From Prochlorococcus sp. AG-418-F16 (lineage in GTDB: Bacteria; Cyanobacteriota; Cyanobacteriia; PCC-6307; Cyanobiaceae), in contig QCLW01000006.1 in NCBI GenBank assembly GCA_003214235.1, positions 1 to 24,000 of the forward strand: a DNA stretch of 24,000 bases, in the 5' to 3' direction. This document shows, piece after piece, positions 17,452 through 24,000 of the stretch. Position numbers and translations under genes: made by a program. How positions within the stretch are numbered: position 1 is the first letter of the stretch; each line of letters begins with the position of its first letter. Under the pieces are notes generated by a model that was given only the letters and a program-made list of their open reading frames with translations, was not told the origin of the DNA and did not search any database.

Positions 17452-17859
17452 ATGAATAAAGTTACTTCATTATTGTATACAAATAGCATTTGTTTAGTCC
17501 TTTCAATAATCTTTTCCTTTTTTATTTCTATAAAACAATCAGATGCTTTGCCTCATGAATGGATTGGAGTCCCTAAGAGTGAATATGGAGAACAGTTGTG
17601 GGATAGAAAAAGTATAAAAAGGAATGAAGATGGTTCTGTTAGGGTATTGAGTAAATTTATTCCCAAAACTAAAAGTGAAATTACTCAAGATATTCTCTAT
17701 ACGATGGATATAAATTGTTTTGAAAAATCTTTTAGAGACGTTGATGTCACTATAGATGAAGTAAGTAGTAATTTAAATAATTTTGCTGACTGGCAAGATC
17801 CAAATGGAGATCAACTAATTATGGGTGTGATCGGTCAAGTCTGCAGAGTCGAAAATTAA
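17452..17859 (+). CDS. Hypothetical secreted protein (135 aa)
   Basis: From the ATG at 17452 the product starts with a classical signal peptide (MNK + ICLVLSIIFSFFISI + KQSDA/LP). The upstream part of the listed ORF (from 17338) is AT-rich spacer-like sequence. No family recognised. Confidence 0.6.
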   Translation: MNKVTSLLYTNSICLVLSIIFSFFISIKQSDALPHEWIGVPKSEYGEQLWDRKSIKRNEDGSVRVLSKFIPKTKSEITQDILYTMDINCFEKSFRDVDVTIDEVSSNLNNFADWQDPNGDQLIMGVIGQVCRVEN

Positions 17860-17931
17860 AATCTTGATTTATTAATAATAAAATTAAATAAAAAATAAAA
17901 GTACCCTATGCTTACTCGATGTCCAGAAAGG

Positions 17932-17960
17932 ATAAAACCCTATCTAAGACAGGGTTAAAA
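17932..17960 (-). terminator. Weak hairpin downstream of tRNA-Phe
   Basis: On the minus strand, AACCCT-GTCTTAGAT-AGGGTT followed by TTAT. This is a 6-bp stem (17936-17941 paired with 17951-17956) and only a short U tract. Confidence 0.3.
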
Positions 17961-17962
17961 GG

Positions 17963-18035
17963 TGCCAGGACCCAGATTTGAACTGGGGACACGGCGATTT
18001 TCAGTCGCCTGCTCTACCAACTGAGCTATCCCGGC
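17963..18035 (-). tRNA. trnF: tRNA-Phe (anticodon GAA)
   Basis: The reverse complement folds as a 73-nt cloverleaf: GCCGGGA TA GCTC AGTTGGTA GAGC A GGCGA CTGAAAA TCGCC GTGTC CCCAG TTCAAAT CTGGG TCCTGGC A. The 3' CCA is not fully encoded (the genome reads ACCT). TATAAA (18048-18043, minus strand) lies 8 nt upstream of the 5' end. Confidence 0.95.
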
Positions 18036-18123
18036 TCTAACCTTTATACTCTAAATTAAGATGTGTAGTTTGTGAAACCCTTTTTATTAAAAATTTTATA
18101 TCTTGATCTAATATCCTAAAAAA

Positions 18124-19356
18124 CTATTGTTTTGCATTAATCGCTAATAAGGCAGTGCCAAATGAAGTAGTTTTTCTACATGAAACTATTGGTATATTTA
18201 TAATTTTTTCTCTTATTTTTCTCCACTGAGGGTTTTTTGAACCCCCACCAACTGTAATAATTTTTTTTGGAAGCGAACCAGTCAGCTCGTGAAGTCTTTC
18301 CCACCCTTTCAATTCAATGTTAGCTAGACCCTCAAATAATGCATGTAAATAAAGTGAGTCGCTTACTGGCCTAGGTCCAAGAATTGGCTCTAAATTTGCA
18401 TTATTAATAGGAAATCTCTCTCCCTTACTATTTAGAGGTAAAAGATTTAAAGAAGTGTTTTTCGATGTATTTATTTGTCTACTAAGTTCTTTGATTTCTA
18501 GATCAGAAAAGAATTTTGATAGAATTCCACATCCTGCGTTTGATGCTCCTCCGCAGATCCAATCACCACTGACTCTATGGGTTGTAATTCCTTTTTCTTT
18601 TATTGGATTATTAATAATTTTTTTTACCACAATAGTTGTTCCTAAAACTGTTAGACCATCTTCTTTGCCTAAACCTGCAGCTATTAAACTTGCATTAGAA
18701 TCAGTGGTGCCTGAGATTAAAATTAATTTCTTATTCAAGTTAAAACTTTCTGCTAAACCAGAATGAACTTGGCCAATAATTTTTCCACTTTTTATTATTT
18801 GAGGTAAGCATTTGTGCCATGCAGTATTGAGATAGCTTTTTGGCCACGATTCTTTTATTAGATCCCAACCAAGTTTGAAATTATTCCCTTCTTCTCCATG
18901 AGTCCAATCTTTTAAAAACCAGCCAGTTATCCAATCAGATTGATGTCTTAAAAGAATATTCGTACCATATTTATCGATTAGTTTTAATGCTTTAGCAAGA
19001 CTGCTGTATGGAGTTCGTAAATGATCTTCTTCAGAAGTTATCGTTTGAATAAGGATCTTATTGTCATCACATGCTTGGTTATAAGGTATTGCTTCTCCTA
19101 TAGGCTCACCTTCTAAATTGCATGCTGTCAAAGTTCCCGATGTGCCAGATATAGCCAATTTATTAAGGTTCCTTTTTACCGCAATAGGTACTCTATCTAG
19201 TAGTTTTTCACAAGAATTTATCCAAGAAGTTGGATTTTTAAAGCTGTATTGATAGGGAACTGAATTCGAATATACTAATTCTTTTTGAAGATTGATTATA
19301 GATATTCTTGCACCACTTGTTCCAAAATCTAGTCCCCCAAAAAGAATATTTGGCAT
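18124..19356 (-). CDS. FGGY-family carbohydrate kinase (xylulokinase/ribulokinase-like)
   Basis: N-terminal actin-fold phosphate-1 motif GLDFGTSGARI, later GTTDSNAS and a C-terminal GGGSKNPQW motif. Substrate cannot be assigned from sequence. It lies 12 nt downstream of metK on the same strand. Confidence 0.85.
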   Translation of the reverse strand: MPNILFGGLDFGTSGARISIINLQKELVYSNSVPYQYSFKNPTSWINSCEKLLDRVPIAVKRNLNKLAISGTSGTLTACNLEGEPIGEAIPYNQACDDNKILIQTITSEEDHLRTPYSSLAKALKLIDKYGTNILLRHQSDWITGWFLKDWTHGEEGNNFKLGWDLIKESWPKSYLNTAWHKCLPQIIKSGKIIGQVHSGLAESFNLNKKLILISGTTDSNASLIAAGLGKEDGLTVLGTTIVVKKIINNPIKEKGITTHRVSGDWICGGASNAGCGILSKFFSDLEIKELSRQINTSKNTSLNLLPLNSKGERFPINNANLEPILGPRPVSDSLYLHALFEGLANIELKGWERLHELTGSLPKKIITVGGGSKNPQWRKIREKIINIPIVSCRKTTSFGTALLAINAKQ

Positions 19357-19368
19357 AAATATAAATAT

Positions 19369-20610
19369 TTAAAAAGAGATTTTAGATGCCTCTGCTAATT
19401 GGGTGGCTTTTTCTTCTACATTTTCCCAAGGAAGCTCAAGATCTCTTCTGCCAAAATGTCCGTAGGAAGCAGTCTTCCTGAAAAATTCCCCACCCATTTT
19501 TTTTGGTAGATTTCTTAAGTCAAATTCTTTTATTATTGCTGCAGGTCTTAAATCAAAGTGCTTTTTAATAAGTTCAGTCAAATCAGCTTGAGAAATAACA
19601 CCAGTATCAAAAGTTTCAACAAGAATGGAAATCGGTTTTGCAACTCCAATTGCATAACTTAATTGTACTTCGGCCTTTTTTGCTAATTTTGCCTTGACAA
19701 TACTTTTAGCTACATAACGAGCTGCATAAGCAGCTGATCTATCCACTTTTGTTGGATCTTTGCCTGAGAATGCACCACCTCCATGTCTTGCATACCCACC
19801 ATAAGTATCAACTATAATTTTTCTACCAGTAAGTCCAGCATCTCCCTGAGGACCTCCTACGACAAATTTACCTGTGGGATTTACTAGAAATCTGGTTTCG
19901 TTAATGTTTGGTTTGATTTCTAAGTCTTCAGAGGCAGGTATTACAACATTGGTCCATAAATCTTCTTTTATTCTTTGACGAATTTGTTCTTCATTTTTAA
20001 TTCCATCAATCTCAGGTTTATGTTGAGTTGAAATTAAAATGGTGTTAATTGAAACTGGTAACCCTTTTTCGTACTCTATACTTACTTGAGTTTTGCCATC
20101 AGGGAGGAGATAATCAAGGATTTTTTCATGTCTCACTTTTGCGAGTTGAATGGCTAATCTATGAGCCAAGCTAATTGGTAAGGGCATCAATTCAGGTGTT
20201 TCATCGCATGCATAGCCAAACATTATTCCTTGGTCACCAGCTCCGGTATTGTTTTCCAAATCATTGTTAACATCATCTGCTTCGTTGACACCTTGTGAAA
20301 TGTCCGGTGATTGCTCGTCAAGGGCTACTAAAACAGCACAACTATTTGCGTCAAAGCCACCTGCTTTATATCCTTCATATCCAATTTCTTTAATTACATT
20401 CCTAACTAGTTTTATATAGTCAACTTTTGCTTTTGAAGTTATTTCTCCAGTAAGTAAACAAAGACCTGTATTAACAACAGTTTCGCACGCAACTCTGCTT
20501 TCTGGATCTTCTGTCAATAAGGCATCTAAAACAGCGTCACTTATTTGATCACATATTTTGTCAGGATGACCTTCAGTTACAGATTCTGAAGTGAAGATGA
20601 AATCACTCAT
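19369..20610 (-). CDS. metK: S-adenosylmethionine synthetase
   Basis: Canonical MetK sequence: [54 protein letters not shown] and [19 protein letters not shown]. Confidence 0.97.
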   Translation of the reverse strand: MSDFIFTSESVTEGHPDKICDQISDAVLDALLTEDPESRVACETVVNTGLCLLTGEITSKAKVDYIKLVRNVIKEIGYEGYKAGGFDANSCAVLVALDEQSPDISQGVNEADDVNNDLENNTGAGDQGIMFGYACDETPELMPLPISLAHRLAIQLAKVRHEKILDYLLPDGKTQVSIEYEKGLPVSINTILISTQHKPEIDGIKNEEQIRQRIKEDLWTNVVIPASEDLEIKPNINETRFLVNPTGKFVVGGPQGDAGLTGRKIIVDTYGGYARHGGGAFSGKDPTKVDRSAAYAARYVAKSIVKAKLAKKAEVQLSYAIGVAKPISILVETFDTGVISQADLTELIKKHFDLRPAAIIKEFDLRNLPKKMGGEFFRKTASYGHFGRRDLELPWENVEEKATQLAEASKISF

Positions 20611-20751
20611 TTCAATATAATTTTGAAATATTAAATTTCATCCTAAATTAGATACTAGTTATTAATCAATGTTTGTAAATTTATAGAATACTTGTTCAAA
20701 ACTAAAGAAACTTATTTTTACGCTTTCTCTCATTAACTAAAATAAGTTAAT

Positions 20752-21852
20752 TTAAACTTTTTCCGATGAAGTCGTTGGGTCTTCTTCATTATCATCAGTT
20801 TGTTCAAATAACATTTGCTTGTATTTGGCAGCCATCTCTTCAGCTTTACTAAAAACTTTTTGAGGGTCAGTTAGCATATCGCCTGGTTCTGGTTCTAGCG
20901 CTTTTGTCGATAATGAAATTCTTCCTCTTTCTGAATCAAGGTCAATGATCATAACTTTCATTTGGTCATTAACATTTAAAACATTATGAGGTGTCTCGAT
21001 ATGTTCATGACTGATCTCAGAAATGTGTAATAGACCGCTGACTCCTCCAATATCAATAAAAGCTCCATAGGGTTTAATGCCTTTAACAGAGCCTACAACA
21101 ACTTCACCGACCTCAAGTCTATTCATTTTTTTCTCAACCAAAGCTCTTCTATGACTTAATACTAATCTGTTTCTCTCTTCATCAACTTCAAGAAATTTTA
21201 AAGGTAGGAACTCACCTTCTAAGTCATCTTTAATTTTTCGAGCACTTATATGAGAACCTGGGATAAATCCTCTCAAGCCTTCTACTCTTACAAGAGCACC
21301 ACCTCTGTTTGTTGCAAAAACTTCAGAATAGATAGTGGCATCTTCTTTTTGGAGTTGTCTAACTCTTTCCCATGCCCTTTGATATTCAATTCTTCTAATC
21401 GAAAGTGCTAATTGACCATCTTCATTTTCTTCACTCATTATAAAAAATTCTCTGCTTTCTGAAGGTTGTAAAACATCATTTAGTCCTTCAACTCTATTTA
21501 TAGAAACCTCCTGAACAGGCATAAAAGCAGCTGTTTTTGCACCTATGTCGATCATTGCACCTTTTGGTTCTAGAGCAAAAACGGTTCCTTTTACTAGATC
21601 ACCAGGCTTGAAATTATAATCATATTTACCTAAAAGTGATGCAAATTCTTCTTGTGTAAATCCTGCGTTATCGAAATCCGTATTCGTTCTGCTAGAGGAA
21701 GAATCTGCTGAAGGAATATCGTTTTTTTCGAATGATAAATCTTCCTTATTTGGGGATGCTGAATCATTATTTAATTCAGATGAATTTGTAATTTCTTTAT
21801 CTTCAGAAATTTCTTTTATTGTTTGGGAAGAATTTTCGTTCATTTGTTGCAT
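20752..21852 (-). CDS. rpsA: 30S ribosomal protein S1 (three S1 domains)
   Basis: Three S1/OB repeats: GDLVKGTVFALEPKGAMIDIG, EVFATNRGGALVRVEGLRGFIPGSHIS and GEVVVGSVKGIKPYGAFIDIGGVSGLLHISEIS. The first ~60 residues are a Ser/Asn/acidic low-complexity extension. An alternative ATG lies three codons downstream at 21843. Confidence 0.9.
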   Translation of the reverse strand: MQQMNENSSQTIKEISEDKEITNSSELNNDSASPNKEDLSFEKNDIPSADSSSSRTNTDFDNAGFTQEEFASLLGKYDYNFKPGDLVKGTVFALEPKGAMIDIGAKTAAFMPVQEVSINRVEGLNDVLQPSESREFFIMSEENEDGQLALSIRRIEYQRAWERVRQLQKEDATIYSEVFATNRGGALVRVEGLRGFIPGSHISARKIKDDLEGEFLPLKFLEVDEERNRLVLSHRRALVEKKMNRLEVGEVVVGSVKGIKPYGAFIDIGGVSGLLHISEISHEHIETPHNVLNVNDQMKVMIIDLDSERGRISLSTKALEPEPGDMLTDPQKVFSKAEEMAAKYKQMLFEQTDDNEEDPTTSSEKV

Positions 21853-21952
21853 CGCAGACTACCTAAGGTAGTTAGAAAGGAATACTATTAGCCTGCAAAC
21901 CAATAGCATAATTTATTTGTGTTATGTATTCTACACTTTAAGATGCTGAATT

Positions 21953-22432
21953 TTATAAAATTGAAGCTAATTGATTTTTTGAACTTACTTTAAGAGATTC
22001 CAGAGTAGAGATAAAATCTTTTACCCCATTAAATTTTCTGTAAACTGAGGCATATCTTATATAAGCGACTTCGTTTTCTTTTCTAAGGCATTTAAGTATT
22101 AGTTCTCCAATTTGTGAAGATTTTATATCTTTATTAGAATCTTGTATGATTTGTGATTCAATTCCATCTACAAAATTAATAATTGCTTCGCTCGAGAAGG
22201 TAGTCTTTTCACAAGCTCGTGATATGCCAGTAACTAATTTTTCTTTATTAAATAATTCTCTGCTCCCATCTTTTTTGATAACTGATATTGGCATTGTTTC
22301 AACTCTTTCATAAGTGGTAAATCTAAAGCTGCAGTTTAAGCACTCTCTTCGTCTTCGAACACTTTTACCACTATCAGCAGATCTTGATTCCAAAACTCTG
22401 CTATCTGTGTTTTGACAGGTTGGACACTGCAT
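21953..22432 (-). CDS. nrdR: Transcriptional repressor NrdR
   Basis: N-terminal zinc ribbon MQCPTCQ...[15 protein letters not shown] followed by an ATP-cone domain. 159 aa, typical size. Confidence 0.93.
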   Translation of the reverse strand: MQCPTCQNTDSRVLESRSADSGKSVRRRRECLNCSFRFTTYERVETMPISVIKKDGSRELFNKEKLVTGISRACEKTTFSSEAIINFVDGIESQIIQDSNKDIKSSQIGELILKCLRKENEVAYIRYASVYRKFNGVKDFISTLESLKVSSKNQLASIL

Positions 22433-22492
22433 GTAGTGAAATAAGGTGAACTTTAACTCTAATAGTAGAGTAATATGCTAATTATGAAAAGT

Positions 22493-22525
22493 AAAAAAAA
22501 AACCTCTTTAACAAGAGGTTTTTTT
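22493..22525 (-). terminator. Rho-independent terminator after psbB-psbT (symmetrical, potentially bidirectional)
   Basis: Stem AACCTCTT (22501-22508), loop TAAC, stem AAGAGGTT (22513-22520). It is flanked by an A run (22493-22502) and a T run (22519-22525). On the minus strand the hairpin is followed by about 10 U and begins 5 nt after the psbT stop. Confidence 0.8.
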
Positions 22526-22529
22526 AAAA

Positions 22530-22628
22530 TCATTTTTTATCAAATTTAGGGGGATCTCTAAAAGCGACAGCAAAGAATAATGTAACAACTGCGAGAGTTA
22601 AAATAAGAACGTAAGCAAAAGCTTCCAT
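22530..22628 (-). CDS. psbT: Photosystem II protein T (PsbT)
   Basis: Absent from the ORF track. Manual translation gives [32 protein letters not shown] (32 aa), a canonical PsbT sequence. It lies 23 nt downstream of psbB. Confidence 0.93.
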   Translation of the reverse strand: MEAFAYVLILTLAVVTLFFAVAFRDPPKFDKK

Positions 22629-22651
22629 AAGATTAAATAATAAAGTTTAGT

Positions 22652-24000
22652 TTAAACCCTTCCTGGGATTCTTCTTGTGGATTCGTCACCAAGCTTCTTG
22701 AATAAACCAAATTCAACTTGGTCACCAATCTCAGCGTCAATTCCAGCGAATGAATTTCTGTAAAGAGTTCTTGAAGCATGCCACCAGTGGCCAAACAAGA
22801 ATAGCAATCCGAAACATAGATGTGCATATGTAAACCATGCTCTTGGGGAGCTGCGGAATACACCGTCAGATTTATAAGTTTCTCTATCGAACTTGAATGC
22901 TTCTCCAAGCTGCGCTTTTCTAGCTAATCTTTTAACTACTGCAGGGTCAGTAAATGTTTGACCATTTAAGTCTCCTCCATAGATAGTGGCTGTAATGCCA
23001 GTTTGTTCAAATGAATACTTGGCTTCCGCTCTTCTAAATGGAATATCTGCTCTTACATTACCTTCTTTATCTTCAAGTATAACTGGGAAGTTTTCAAAGA
23101 AGTTAGGTATTCTTCTAACTTCTAAATCGTTACCATCCTTATCTTGAAAAGTAATGTGACCTTGCCAACCAGTTGGTAAACCATCACCATTAACTAGAGC
23201 TCCTACTCTGAATAAGCCCCCTTTAGCAGGACTATTACCAACATAATCGTAGAAAGCTAATTTCTCTGGAATAGAATCATACGCCTCTTCTTTAGTGGCT
23301 CCGTTGTCTATAGCAGTTTGAACCCTTCTATTAATTTCAGTTTTGAAATAGCCAGAGTCCCATTGATATCTTGTAGGACCAAATAACTCAACAGGAGTTG
23401 TTGCTGAGCCATACCACATTGTTCCTGCAACGACAAAGGATACAAAAAGTACAGCAGCTAGAGCACTAGCTAGAACTCCTTCAAGACTTCCAAGTTTTAA
23501 TGCTCTATAAAGTCTTTCTCCAGGTCTATTGGTAATATGAAAAATTCCTCCAATGATACCCATGAGGCCAGCCGCAATATGATTTGCAACTATTCCTCCT
23601 GGATTAAAAGGATTAAATCCATCAACGCCCCAAGAAGGAGATACTGGCTCTACATGACCAGTTAAGCCATAAGGATCAGAAACCCAAATCCCGACATTTG
23701 CACAATGAAATGCTCCAAAGCCAAAGCATGTAAGTCCAGCTAGAAGAAGATGAATTCCAAAGATTCTTGGTAGATCAAGAGCAGGCTCACCTGTTCTTGA
23801 ATCTTCCCATAAATCTAAGTCCCAGTATGTCCAGTGCCATATAGAGGCCAACATCAATAGTCCGCTAAATACAATGTGTGCTGCAGCAACTCCTTCAAAA
23901 CTCCAGAATCCAGGATCAACTCCTGTAGCACCAGTGATATCCCATCCGTTCCAACTACTCGTGATACCTAGTCTAGCCATAAAAGGCATAACGTACATTC
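22652..24000 (-). CDS. psbB: Photosystem II CP47 chlorophyll apoprotein (PsbB); the N-terminus lies beyond the window end
   Basis: The sequence ...[20 protein letters not shown]..., [19 protein letters not shown] and [21 protein letters not shown] is typical CP47. The Met at 23998 is internal (canonical ..RQGMFVLPFMARLG..) and the frame stays open to base 24000. Confidence 0.95.
   Translation of the reverse strand, partial: MYVMPFMARLGITSSWNGWDITGATGVDPGFWSFEGVAAAHIVFSGLLMLASIWHWTYWDLDLWEDSRTGEPALDLPRIFGIHLLLAGLTCFGFGAFHCANVGIWVSDPYGLTGHVEPVSPSWGVDGFNPFNPGGIVANHIAAGLMGIIGGIFHITNRPGERLYRALKLGSLEGVLASALAAVLFVSFVVAGTMWYGSATTPVELFGPTRYQWDSGYFKTEINRRVQTAIDNGATKEEAYDSIPEKLAFYDYVGNSPAKGGLFRVGALVNGDGLPTGWQGHITFQDKDGNDLEVRRIPNFFENFPVILEDKEGNVRADIPFRRAEAKYSFEQTGITATIYGGDLNGQTFTDPAVVKRLARKAQLGEAFKFDRETYKSDGVFRSSPRAWFTYAHLCFGLLFLFGHWWHASRTLYRNSFAGIDAEIGDQVEFGLFKKLGDESTRRIPGRV

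Noticed and set aside
17860-18123. tRNA-Phe as an integration hotspot. I looked for a duplicated tRNA 3' segment (att-like repeat), an integrase or other cargo.
   Set aside because: Only a 7-nt chance match (AGATTTG at about 17322) was seen. There is no integrase or phage-like gene nearby, and composition is uniform across the region.
1425-18766. Antisense ORFs from the track: 1425-1652, 1689-1874, 2018-2350, 2788-3075, 3373-3606, 6406-6663, 8494-8754, 12697-12930, 13087-13293, 14135-14377 and 18455-18766.
   Set aside because: Each lies wholly inside, and opposite to, a well-supported conserved gene (MCE, ABC ATPase, YvcK-like, ycf48, mtnP, uvrD, FGGY kinase). The products are low-complexity or hydrophobic with no recognisable motifs. 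Such shadow ORFs are expected opposite AT-rich coding sequence.
20611-20751. Possible SAM riboswitch or other leader element upstream of metK. Also an HLR1-like half match, TTTACAAA-ca-TTGATTAA, on the minus strand at 20662-20679.
   Set aside because: The 141-nt spacer is extremely AT-rich and has no G+C-rich helices of the kind SAM riboswitch classes need. The second HLR1 repeat matches only about 5 of 8 positions, which is easily chance in this composition.
22633-22908. 91-aa same-strand ORF overlapping the 3' end of psbB and the psbB-psbT spacer.
   Set aside because: It overlaps the strongly conserved CP47 frame. The sequence is not protein-like in any family I know, and it would run over the psbT start region.
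1-24000. Window-wide scan for CRISPR-like repeat-spacer arrays, IS elements or inverted terminal repeats, long tandem repeats, and defence or toxin-antitoxin gene pairs.
   Set aside because: None seen by eye. Every sizeable ORF is accounted for by a housekeeping or photosynthesis family. The spacers are short (mostly under 170 bp) and there is no conspicuous periodic repetition. An exhaustive repeat search would need a computation I cannot run here.

Overview
Strongly AT-rich, tightly packed cyanobacterial DNA. Gene content and order look like core chromosome of a high-light-adapted Prochlorococcus marinus (MED4-like); that assignment is inference from protein sequences read by eye, not a database match. 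About 30 protein genes and one tRNA are supported. In order: chlD (3' part), an MCE/ABC-ATPase pair, a membrane-anchored YvcK/CofD-family gene, ndhC-K-J, rubA-ycf48-psbEFLJ, mtnP, a flavoprotein-SelD fusion, a CCA/poly(A)-polymerase-family gene, uvrD/pcrA, a lone degenerate phycoerythrin beta gene (cpeB) with its lyase cpeS, a TVP38-family membrane protein, a small secreted hypothetical, tRNA-Phe(GAA), an FGGY kinase, metK, rpsA, nrdR, psbT and psbB (partial). psbF, psbL, psbT and a 59-codon ORF upstream of cpeS fall below the ORF-track size cutoff and were found by manual translation. I see no CRISPR array, transposase, integrase, phage gene, toxin-antitoxin pair, restriction system or any other sign of an accessory island or defence system. 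The window reads as streamlined housekeeping and photosynthesis genome. The items most worth a second look are: (1) the NDH-2-like flavoprotein::SelD fusion, (2) the orphan cpeB/cpeS pair with overlapping 3' ends, (3) the unlisted 59-aa ORF overlapping the cpeS start, (4) mtnP and selD start codons only 10 bp apart, and (5) a two-hairpin leader upstream of rpsA. None of these amounts to strong evidence for a new biological system.
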